The notes under the pieces: model-generated
The model's input: only the letters and a program-made list of their open reading frames with translations
Told to the model about the DNA's origin: nothing
Databases searched by the model: none
Program-made: the position numbers and the translations under genes
From: Chrysemys picta bellii
Taxonomy: Eukaryota
Assembly (NCBI RefSeq): GCF_011386835.1
Contig: NC_088812.1
Coordinates: 11,780,001-11,844,000 of the forward strand
Direction of reading: 5' to 3'
DNA length: 64,000 nt
Shown: in pieces, positions 53,966 to 64,000 of the stretch
Layout of the letters: every line of letters begins with the position of its first letter
How positions within the stretch are numbered: position 1 is the first letter of the stretch

Positions 53966-56900
53966 CCCCACTAACCCGTCCCCCTCACTGCAATCCCCTT
54001 CCCCAACCCCCTCCCCCCCACTAACCCCTCTCCTGCAATCCCCTTCCCCCTCCCCCCACTAACCCCTCCCCCTCACTGCAATCCCCTTCCCCAACCCCCT
54101 CGCCCCCACTGCAATCCCCTTCCCCCTCCCCCCACTAACCCGTCCCCCTCACTGCAATCCCCTTCCCCCTCCCCCCACTAACCCGTCCCCCTCACTGCAA
54201 TCCCCTTCCCCAACCCCCTCCCCCCCACTAACCCCTCTCCTGCAATCCCCTTCCCCCTCCCCCCACTAACCCCTCCCCCTCACTGCAATCCCCTTCCCCC
54301 TCCTCCCACTAACCCCTCCCCTGCAATCCCCTTCCCCCTCCCCCCACTAACCCGTCCCCCTCCCCTGCAATCCCCTTCCCCAACCCCCTCGCCCCCACTG
54401 CAATCCCCTTCCCCCTCCCCCCACTAACCCGTCCCCCTCACTGCAATCCCCTTCCCCAACCCCCTCCCCCCCACTAACCCCTCTCCTGCAATCCCCTTCC
54501 CCCTCCCCCCACTAACCCCTCCCCCTCACTGCAATCCCCTTCCCCCTCCTCCCACTAACCCCTCCCCTGCAATCCCCTTCCCCCCCCCACTAACCCGTCC
54601 CCCTCCCCTGCAATCCCCTTCCCCAACCCCCTCGCCCCCACTGCAATCCCCTTCCCCCTCCCCCCACTAACCCGTCCCCCTCACTGCAATCCCCTTCCCC
54701 AACCCCCTCCCCCCCACTAACCCCTCTCCTGCAATCCCCTTCCCCCTCCCCCCACTAACCCCTCCCCCTCACTGCAATCCCCTTCCCCCTCCCCCCACTA
54801 ACCCCTCCCCCTCACTGCAATCCCCTTCCCCCTCCCCCCACTAACCCCTCCCCCTCACTGCAATCCCCTTCCCCCTCCCCCCACTAACCCCTCCCCCTCA
54901 CTGCAATCCCCTTCCCCAACCCCCTCCCCCCACTAACCCCTCTCCTGCAATCCCCTTCCCCCTCCCCCCCACTAACCCCTCCCCCTCACTGCAATCCCCT
55001 TCCCCCTCCCCCCACTAACCCCTCTCCTGCAATCCCCTTCCCCCTCCCCCCACTAACCCCTCCCCCTCACTGCAATCCCCTTCCCCCTCCCCCCACTAAC
55101 CCCTCTCCTGCAATCCCCTTCCCCCTCCCCCCACTAACCCCTCCCCCTCACTGCAATCCCCTTCCCCAACCCCCTCCCCCCCACTAACCCCTTCCCCTCA
55201 CTGCAATCCCCTTCCCCCTCCCCCCACTAACCCCTCTCCCTCACTGCAATCCCCTTCCCCCTCCCCCCACTAACCCCTCCCCCTCACTGCAATCCCCTTC
55301 CCCCTCCCCCCACTAACCCCTCCCCCTCACTGCAATCCCCTTCCCCAACCCCCTCCCCCCACTAACCCGTCCCCCTCCCCTGCAATCCCCTTCCCCAACC
55401 CCCTCCCCACACTAACCCCTCCCCCTCTCCTGCAATCCCCTTCCCCCTCCCCCCACTAACCCCTCTCCTGCAATCCCCTTCCCCCTCCCCCCCACTAACC
55501 CCTCCCCCTCACTGCAATCCCCTTCCCCCTCCCCCCACTAACCCCTCTCCTGCAATCCCCTTCCCCCTCCCCCCACTAACCCCTCTCCTGCAATCCCCTT
55601 CCCCCTCCCCCCACTAACCCCTCTCCTGCAATCCCCTTCCCCCTCCCCCCACTAACCCCTCCCCCTCACTGCAATCCCCTTCCCCAACCCCCTCCCCCCC
55701 ACTAACCCCTCCCCCTCACTGCAATCCCCTTCCCCCTCCCCCCACTAACCCCTCCCCCTCACTGCAATCCCCTTCCCCCTCCCCCCACTAACCCCTCCCC
55801 CTCACTGCAATCCCCTTCCCCCTCCCCCCACTAACCCCTCCCCCTCACTGCAATCCCCTTCCCCCTCCCCCCACTAACCCCTCCCCCTCACTGCAATCCC
55901 CTTCCCCAACCCCCTCCCCCCCACTAACCCCTCTCCTGCAATCCCCTTCCCCCTCCCCCCACTAACCCCTCCCCCTCACTGCAATCCCCTTCCCCCTCCC
56001 CCCACTAACCCCTCCCCCTCACTGCAATCCCCTTCCCCAACCCCCTCCCCCCCACTAACCCCTCTCCTGCAATCCCCTTCCCCCTCCTCCCACTAACCCC
56101 TCCCCTGCAATCCCCTTCCCCCCCCCACTAACCCGTCCCCCTCCCCTGCAATCCCCTTCCCCAACCCCCTCCCCACACTAACCCCTCCCCCTCTCCTGCA
56201 ATCCCCTTCCCCCTCCCCCCACTAACCCCTCTCCTGCAATCCCCTTCCCCCTCCCCCCCACTAACCCCTCCCCCTCACTGCAATCCCCTTCCCCCTCCCC
56301 CCACTAACCCCTCCCCCTCACTGCAATCCCCTTCCCCAACCCCCTCCCCCCCACTAACCCCTCTCCTGCAATCCCCTTCCCCCTCCCCCCACTAACCCCT
56401 CCCCCTCACTGCAATCCCCTTCCCCCTCCCCCCACTAACCCCTCCCCCTCACTGCAATCCCCTTCCCCCTCCCCCCACTAACCCCTCCCCCTCACTGCAA
56501 TCCCCTTCCCCAACCCCCTCCCCCCACTAACCCCTCTCCTGCAATCCCCTTCCCCCTCCCCCCACTAACCCCTCCCCCTCACTGCAATCCCCTTCCCCCT
56601 CCCCCCACTAACCCCTCTCCTGCAATCCCCTTCCCCCTCCCCCCACTAACCCCTCCCCCTCACTGCAATCCCCTTCCCCAACCCCCTCCCCCCCACTAAC
56701 CCCTTCCCCTCACTGCAATCCCCTTCCCCCTCCCCCCACTAACCCCTCTCCCTCACTGCAATCCCCTTCCCCCTCCCCCCACTAACCCCTCCCCCTCACT
56801 GCAATCCCCTTCCCCCTCCCCCCACTAACCCCTCCCCCTCACTGCAATCCCCTTCCCCAACCCCCTCCCCCCACTAACCCGTCCCCCTCCCCTGCAATCC

Positions 56901-58906
56901 CCTTCCCCAACCCCCTCCCCACACTAACCCCTCCCCCTCTCCTGCAATCCCCTTCCCCCTCCCCCCACTAACCCCTCTCCTGCAATCCCCTTCCCCCTCC
57001 CCCCCACTAACCCCTCCCCCTCACTGCAATCCCCTTCCCCCTCCCCCCACTAACCCCTCTCCTGCAATCCCCTTCCCCCTCCCCCCACTAACCCCTCCCC
57101 CTCACTGCAATCCCCTTCCCCCTCCCCCCACTAACCCCTCTCCTGCAATCCCCTTCCCCCTCCCCCCACTAACCCCTCCCCCTCACTGCAATCCCCTTCC
57201 CCAACCCCCTCCCCCCCACTAACCCCTCCCCCTCACTGCAATCCCCTTCCCCTCCCCCCACTAACCCCTCCCCCTCACTGCAATCCCCTTCCCCCTCCCC
57301 CCACTAACCCCTCCCCCTCACTGCAATCCCCTTCCCCCTCCCCCCACTAACCCCTCCCCCTCACTGCAATCCCCTTCCCCCTCCCCCCACTAACCCCTCC
57401 CCCTCACTGCAATCCCCTTCCCCCTCCCCCCACTAACCCCTCCCCCTCACTGCAATCCCCTTCCCCAACCCCCTCCCCCCCACTAACCCCTCTCCTGCAA
57501 TCCCCTTCCCCCTCCCCCCACTAACCCCTCCCCCTCACTGCAATCCCCTTCCCCCTCCCCCCACTAACCCCTCCCCCTCACTGCAATCCCCTTCCCCAAC
57601 CCCCTCCCCCCCACTAACCCCTCTCCTGCAATCCCCTTCCCCCTCCTCCCACTAACCCCTCCCCTGCAATCCCCTTCCCCCCCCCACTAACCCGTCCCCC
57701 TCCCCTGCAATCCCCTTCCCCAACCCCCTCCCCACACTAACCCCTCCCCCTCTCCTGCAATCCCCTTCCCCCTCCCCCCACTAACCCCTCTCCTGCAATC
57801 CCCTTCCCCCTCCCCCCCACTAACCCCTCCCCCTCACTGCAATCCCCTTCCCCCTCCCCCCACTAACCCCTCCCCCTCACTGCAATCCCCTTCCCCAACC
57901 CCCTCCCCCCCACTAACCCCTCTCCTGCAATCCCCTTCCCCCTCCCCCCACTAACCCCTCCCCCTCACTGCAATCCCCTTCCCCCTCCCCCCACTAACCC
58001 CTCCCCCTCACTGCAATCCCCTTCCCCCTCCCCCCACTAACCCCTCCCCCTCACTGCAATCCCCTTCCCCAACCCCCTCCCCCCACTAACCCCTCCCCTG
58101 CAATCCCCTTCCCCCCCCCACTAACCCGTCCCCCTCCCCTGCAATCCCCTTCCCCAACCCCCTCCCCACACTAACCCCTCCCCCTCTCCTGCAATCCCCT
58201 TCCCCCTCCCCCCACTAACCCCTCTCCTGCAATCCCCTTCCCCCTCCCCCCCACTAACCCCTCCCCCTCACTGCAATCCCCTTCCCCCTCCCCCCACTAA
58301 CCCCTCTCCTGCAATCCCCTTCCCCCTCCCCCCACTAACCCCTCCCCCTCACTGCAATCCCCTTCCCCCTCCCCCCACTAACCCCTCTCCTGCAATCCCC
58401 TTCCCCCTCCCCCCCACTAACCCCTCCCCCTCACTGCAATCCCCTTCCCCAACCCCCTCCCCCCACTAACCCCTCCCCCTCACTGCAATCCCCTTCCCCC
58501 TCCCCCCACTAACCCCTCCCCCTCACTGCAATCCCCTTCCCCCTCCCCCCACTAACCCCTCCCCCTCACTGCAATCCCCTTCCCCCTCCCCCCACTAACC
58601 CCTCCCCCTCACTGCAATCCCCTTCCCCCTCCCCCCACTAACCCCTCCCCCTCACTGCAATCCCCTTCCCCCTCCCCCCACTAACCCCTCCCCCTCACTG
58701 CAATCCCCTTCCCCAACCCCCTCCCCCCCACTAACCCCTCTCCTGCAATCCCCTTCCCCCTCCTCCCACTAACCCCTCCCCTGCAATCCCCTTCCCCCCC
58801 CCACTAACCCCTCCCCCTCACTGCAATCCCCTTCCCCCTCCCCCCTCCCCCCACTAACCCCTCTCCTGCAATCCCCTTCCCCCTCCCCACTAACCCCTCC
58901 CCAACC
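53966..58906. repeat. C-rich (G-rich on minus) VNTR, copy 2 (4.94 kb)
   Basis: Units such as CCCACTAACCCCTCCCCCTCACTGCAATCCCCTTCCCCCTCCC and shorter CTAACCCCTCTCCTGCAATCC variants. Same cores as 39361-42200 but in a different mix. Confidence 0.97.
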
Positions 58907-59040
58907 TCACGGCGGTCGCCGGGCCGGCGGGTCCTCCAGGCGCAGGGGTCGCTCACTCCCGCCCGGGGCCTCCCTCTTTCCCAGAGCGACCGCTCGTCAG
59001 CGCCCGGGCCGCAGGGGCCGCCCCTCCAACGGAAGCGGCT

Positions 59041-59091
59041 GTTGCTAGGAGACAGAGGGACGCGACTTGCTGCAGGGGGGAGGATCAAGAG
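59041..59091 (+). promoter_or_regulatory. Copy-2 CCDC65 X-box-like motif and 3' end of the putative non-coding exon
   Basis: GTTGCTAGGAGAC at 59041-59053 and donor AAGAG|GTACC at 59091/59092. Confidence 0.6.
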
Positions 59092-59605
59092 GTACCGGGG
59101 GCGGGGGGTGCCGAGGGCCCGTGGGGGCAGCCTGGGGGGAGGGGGCCACCTGCAGGGGGGAGGGGCCCATGGGGGGAAGGGGGCCCCTGGGGGGGGAGGG
59201 GGCAGAGGGCCCCTGGGGTGCCCATGGGGGGAGGGGCTCATGGGGGCAGGGGGCCCGTGGGGGGAGGGGGCAGAGGGCCCCTGGGGGGCCCGTGGGGGGA
59301 GGGGGCCCATGGGGGGAGGGGCTCATGGGGGCAGGGGGCCCGTGGGGGGAGGGGCAGAGGGCCCGTGGGGGGAGGGGCAGAGGGCCCGTGGGGGGAGGGG
59401 CAGAGGGCCCATGGGGGCAGGGGGCCCGTGGGGGCAGGGGGCCCGTGGGGGCAGGGGGCAGAGGGCCCATGGGGGGAGGGGCTCATGGAGGTAGGGGGCC
59501 CGTAGGGGGGAGGGGGCCATCTGCCGGGGAGGAGGGTTCTGAGCAGGGACCCTGTGCAGGGTGGGGGGCGCCCCTGGGCAGCGTCTGACCCGGCTCCCCC
59601 CAGCC

Positions 59606-62600
59606 ATGCCGAGGAAGGGGCGCAAGGCGGCCGCGCTGAGCGAGGAGGAGCGGTTGCTGCTGATGCAGCAGAAGATGCTGGCGGAGGAGGAGCTGAGCAA
59701 GAAGAAGGAGGACATGCTCACCCAGTTCCTGAAGGCGAGGCCCGGGGCGCAGGCGGGGCGGGGTGCCCCGCTCCAGGGCCCGTTTAGTGCCCCCTGCGAA
59801 TTGCCCCCTGGGCGCTGGGAGCCGATCTGGAACCTGGAGCTGGGCAGGAAAATGGCTTGGGGAGGGTGGGGGCATTCGACAGAAAATGTCGACTTTTGGG
59901 CCAACAATCGAAACCTATAATTTTGCTTCTGAAACGTCCCCCCCAAGGGAGCTGTCGTTCCGGGGCCTCGTTCTCCCGCGTGAGCCGGGCTCTCTGCCTA
60001 GACTGCACCAGGCTCTCCCCTCGTAATGCTGAACCAGTGCGGTACGTGATGGGCGTCCCCGTCAGTCCTTCTGTCGCACGCTGCTGGGAGCTGGCGGAGT
60101 ATCTGGAGCTTGCGCAGTGCTTGGGGCTGCAGGTTCCACTTGAGCGGGTTAGATACCGGTAGGTGGTTGGGATGTGCTCCCACCCGGCCAGTGTAACCTT
60201 GTGACCCACCCCGCAGGACAAGCTGGCGAAGGAGGAGCACAACAGCGCCCTCAACATGAATAAAATCAACCTGCAGTGGCGCACGGTGCTGCGGGAAGTC
60301 AAGGCCAGAGAACTGCGCAAGGACATTGAGATCCTGAGCCAGACCTTTGAGCGGGTGGTGGACTGCAAGGACAGTGTCATCCGGGTAAGCAGTGGGGGTC
60401 CCAGCTGGGTGAGCTGGGAGGGGTGCGTAGCTCTGTGGGTCCATGAACAGGGCTGGAAGAGTGGCTAGCAATGCCCCCCAAGGAGAGGAAGTGCTGCAGG
60501 GGGGCAAACGTGCTCAAACCAGGGTTCCATGCGCCCTGCAGCCCTCGCTGCCGCTGAGCTTGCTGGGGTAACAGCGCTCGGAGGCTCTGGGGCCGGCGCT
60601 GCAGTGCCTGAGTGTTCTCGGTCATCCACACAGTCGCTGGCCAGGGACCTGTCCGAGGCCGAGGCACAGTACACTCATGCCCTGTGCAGCCACCTGCACA
60701 ACATCGACCAGTTGCTGCAGCTCCAGCGGTGCCGCCTGAGGTACCTGGATGAGGATTACAACACCGAGCGGGAGGCCCTGAAGAAGGAGTTTGAGACAGA
60801 AAGGTACCGGGGGGGGGGGGGGGGAGGATCGCCCGCTTTGGGGGAGGGCACAGACAGGCAGGTGATGAACACAGGGATGAGGAGGCAGCTTGATGGTGCC
60901 CCAGGGCCACGAGCCCTCATCCCTGGCCATGAGGCTCTTGTGCTGCGTCCCAGGTCTAGTCCCCTGTGGAGCAGCTCCCCAGAGCTCTCTGGGCAGCCAT
61001 CAGCCGCTCTCCCGTCCCCTCCGCGGGCCACGCTGGCTCAGCCCTGGCAGTTCACCTGCGGCTTCCCCAGGGGGATGATCATCGAGCACCATGACAAGGA
61101 GAGCCGCTACCTGCGGGATGTGCTGCTGGCCCTGGAGCAGAGCTTCAGTGAGAGCGAGTACGAGGCCAAGCTGGACTTCCAGAGCACCAGGGACGACGTC
61201 AAGAACAAGGTCTGGGCCGAGGCTGCTCCGTGCCAGCCTGGGGCAGGGGAGGGGCTTGGTGACACCAGCCTTCCTCTGGTTCTTCAGCCAGCAGCTGGTG
61301 GCGGACTCTGGTGAGGAGCCCCTCCCCCTCACTCCTATGTGTGCAGGGCTTGCTAAGGCACAGGCTATGGGCAAGAGTCCATCTCTACCACAAGGTCCTC
61401 TCCCCACTGCCAGCTTAGGGGGCTGCCCAGTCCCAGTGGGACTGGAGGGAGGGAGCTTCCCTCCTGGGGTTTGGGTTCCAGCCCTTGGGGTGGGCTCTGC
61501 AGGCATGGCTGGTGGCTCAGAGTGGGTGAGGGGCTAACATGTCTCCCCCCCAGAACCTGGAGGAGAAGCACTATCTGCGTGTGCAGCTGGAGGGCACAGT
61601 GGAGGAGCTGTGGAAGCGGTTCCAGCAGGCGCTGAAGAACTACACCGAGGCAACAGAGGACCGGAAGATTGCATTCGAGGCCCTCAAGCTGAAGGATGAG
61701 AAGAGCTCCAAGGAGATTGAGATGCAGATGAAGAAGCTGCAGAAAATTCAGGTCAGTGAGGCTGCCCCACCCCAAGCCCTGGCTGTAGGAAACAGGCCTT
61801 CTTGGGGGGCCGTGGGGTTCCCGGTGCGCTGAACAACTCACTGACTGCTCCGGGCGCCATTTCCCTGCCAGGACTCCATTGGCATCCTGAAAGGCAAGAT
61901 CGCGGCACACATGCGGGAGGCCGAGGAGCAGAACCGGCGCGTGCATGAGGAGAAGGAGGTTGTGCTCAAGCAGCTGCAGAAACTCAAGAGCCAGATGAAC
62001 CAGGCCAGGGCCAAGGCCAGGAGCAACCTGGCCAAGCTCACCCTGGAGAGCAGCACTGCCCTGAAGAAGCTAAGGGGCGTCCTCGAAAAGGTAAAGGCCA
62101 GAGTTCCCCTAACCCTGCAGGAGAGGCCTCTGCCCCGCCCATGGGGACCTGCTCTCCCATGCATGCCTGGAGTAGCACTGGCCAAATGCAGCTCACCGCT
62201 GCCCCTGTCCAGGAGAGGCAGCAGAGAGAAGTCCCAGCCATGCAGCCTGGCTGGTGGGAGACTCGCTTCCCCCAAACCCATCATCCCTTCCTGGCCCCAG
62301 GGAGACACTTCTCCTGCCGTCCCCCTGCGTTGTCAACACAATCCAGCACCCCCCAGGAAAAGCGTCCAGAGCACACTGCTCGCCGAGCTGTCCCCAAGCG
62401 GCCCGCTAAGGCCTCGCTTGCCCCGCAGGCAGAGCTCACCCTGCGGCTGGCCGAGATGTGTCGGAAGCTGGAGACCGAGGAGGAGAAGGTGCTGCCGTTC
62501 TACGCCTCCTCGCTGAGCAGGGAGGAGCAGGAGGAGCTGGAGCAAGTCTCCCTGGAGAAGCCTGGGGAGCAGCTGGCCCAGGTAAGGGGTGAAACCGGGG

Positions 62601-63100
62601 TGCTGGAAGGAGGGCAGGGACCCAGACGCTGGGGGTGCCTAGAGGCAGGCTGGCATAGCTGGTGGAGCGTGTGCCGCACTGGGCGGCTGGGGAGAAGGTT
62701 GCTGAGAACCAAGCGCTCTTTAATTGAGGGGACAAGCAGAACCAGATGGGTGCATTGTGGGAGCCCCCCCTCAAGCTCTCCTCTGTCCTTCCAAGTGCAG
62801 CTGATGCAGGATTACCTGGGCCTGGAGCACTTCTGGCAAAGGTACAACAAGGTGAAGCTGGAGCAGCTGGCTCTGGAGCGGGAGAAGGCAGTGCTGCGCC
62901 AGGAGAACCAGAAGCTGCGCTTGCTCCTCAAGCAATACCTGGACGGGATCTCGGTGAGCGACGAGGTGCTCAGCCGGCTCAACCCACTGCTCATCCTCAA
63001 CCCCAAGCCCCGTGCGCCCGGGCCCGCAGGCAGAGCCCACCGAAAACCGCCCCTTCACAACGTCATCGAGGCTGCCCACGAGGTGCCACACATCCTGTGA
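59606..63100 (+). CDS. CCDC65: CCDC65/DRC2 copy 2, 491 aa, exons 59606-59734, 60217-60384, 60634-60803, 61071-61209, 61554-61751, 61872-62090, 62429-62581, 62801-63100
   Basis: Same exon sizes and phases as copy 1, with an intact frame. At least 5 amino-acid differences from copy 1. Confidence 0.92.
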
Positions 63101-63631
63101 GCCGCCCCGCCCGGGGCATGCTGGGAACTGCGCTCTGCCAGCTGCGGCAGCTTGTGCCTGGCGCGCGTGGCTGGGAGAGTCGGGCGTGAGGAGCGGCGAG
63201 CGCTTCCCCGGCGGTGCTGTCCCACTCCGTGCCCATAGGAAGCTGCCATTAAAGGGTTGTAATGATCGCAGTGGTGACGCCTGACAGGGGAGTGTAGGGG
63301 AGCCGAGGGGCATCCAGGCACAGGGCTCTACCCCCGCGTTCCAAGGCAGGCTGGTAGCCCTGGTGCAGCGCTGCAGCCTCCAGGCCAGGCCCTGCCCCAG
63401 GGAAGCACGGCGCTGGGATTGCCTGATCCTGGGAAAGGGCCGGCAGGCGGCCACTGTGAGCGAGATGCCTTCACTCTCCTGCCCTGTCAGCTGGCTTGGC
63501 CAGGTTCAAGCCAGTCCTGCTGCTCCGGCCCCCTTCGGAGGGGAGCAAAGGGCTTCCCCCAGGCCCTCTTCCCCAGGGACCCTGACAAAAGCAGCCACGG
63601 AGCAGGTGCTGATACTGTGGGGAGAGGACGT

Positions 63632-63849
63632 TTATTTCTTTTTGGCCTTGTTTCTCTTCTCCTCCTTGAGCCTCTTCTTGGCCCCCCGGGAGCTGCTGGC
63701 CTTGTGGTAGAGGTGGTAGCCAATCAGGCCCAGCAGAGCCGGGATCAGCCCGATGCAGAGCAGGGGCAGCACGTCATTCGTCACCTTCTGCCAGTAGCTG
63801 GCCCGGGAGAGGCCAACCAGCTCCACGTCGAACTGCAGCACAGCGTCCG
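63632..63849 (-). CDS. FKBP11: FKBP11 last exon, copy 2 (the remainder would lie beyond the window)
   Basis: (A)[71 protein letters not shown], the same protein as 34536-34753 with a synonymous CTT/CTC difference. Confidence 0.93.
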
Positions 63850-64000
63850 CTGGGGAGAGAGGGGGCATGGCTGAGCTGGGCCCCCCACACACGCCGCAGA
63901 GGTGGGAGTGCTCCTGACACAGCTGGCACAGGGCATGTGCTCACTGCCCAAGCTCATGGGAGGGCACCAGACAGCACTGCCCCCCCAGAGCAGGGCACCC

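Larger units (their letters stand above)
51605..64000. repeat. Copy 2 of the inverted duplication (runs off the window end)
   Basis: Reverse complement of 34385-44502. It is ~2.3 kb longer, mostly because of the VNTR. Confidence 0.95.

Overview
Vertebrate genomic DNA, most likely a hidden-necked (cryptodiran) turtle as judged from tortoise Pol III/SINE and turtle-type CR1 copies. It is a GC-rich block syntenic with human 12q13.12 and consists of three contigs (1-13898, 14399-51104, 51605-64000) joined by two 500-N gaps. Spliced genes: 3' half of CACNB3 (+), DDX23 (-, 16 coding exons), 3' part of ARF3 (+), FKBP11 (+), CCDC65/DRC2 (-) and 5' part of RND1 (+). After the second gap there is an inverted near-identical second copy of CCDC65 (+) and the last exon of FKBP11 (-). 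The main accessory element is a 5565-bp, apparently intact and young Gmr1-like Ty3/Gypsy LTR retrotransposon on the minus strand. It has a single gag-pol ORF in PR-IN-RT-RH order, a SCAN-like capsid, a tRNA-Leu PBS, a PPT and a 5-bp TSD, and it sits inside a turtle tandem-repeat array. Also present: a hAT MITE with an 8-bp TSD, SINE/CR1 fragments, several minisatellites and a multi-kb G-rich VNTR just upstream of the CCDC65 promoter. The inverted duplication and the frameshifts in DDX23 and RND1 are more likely assembly effects (misoriented haplotig, homopolymer insertions) than biology, although the two copies differ in coding, VNTR and RFX X-box content. I found no convincing evidence of a wholly new biological system. 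Most ORFs in the supplied track are spurious GC-rich or antisense frames. Homologies were recognised from memory, not by database search.
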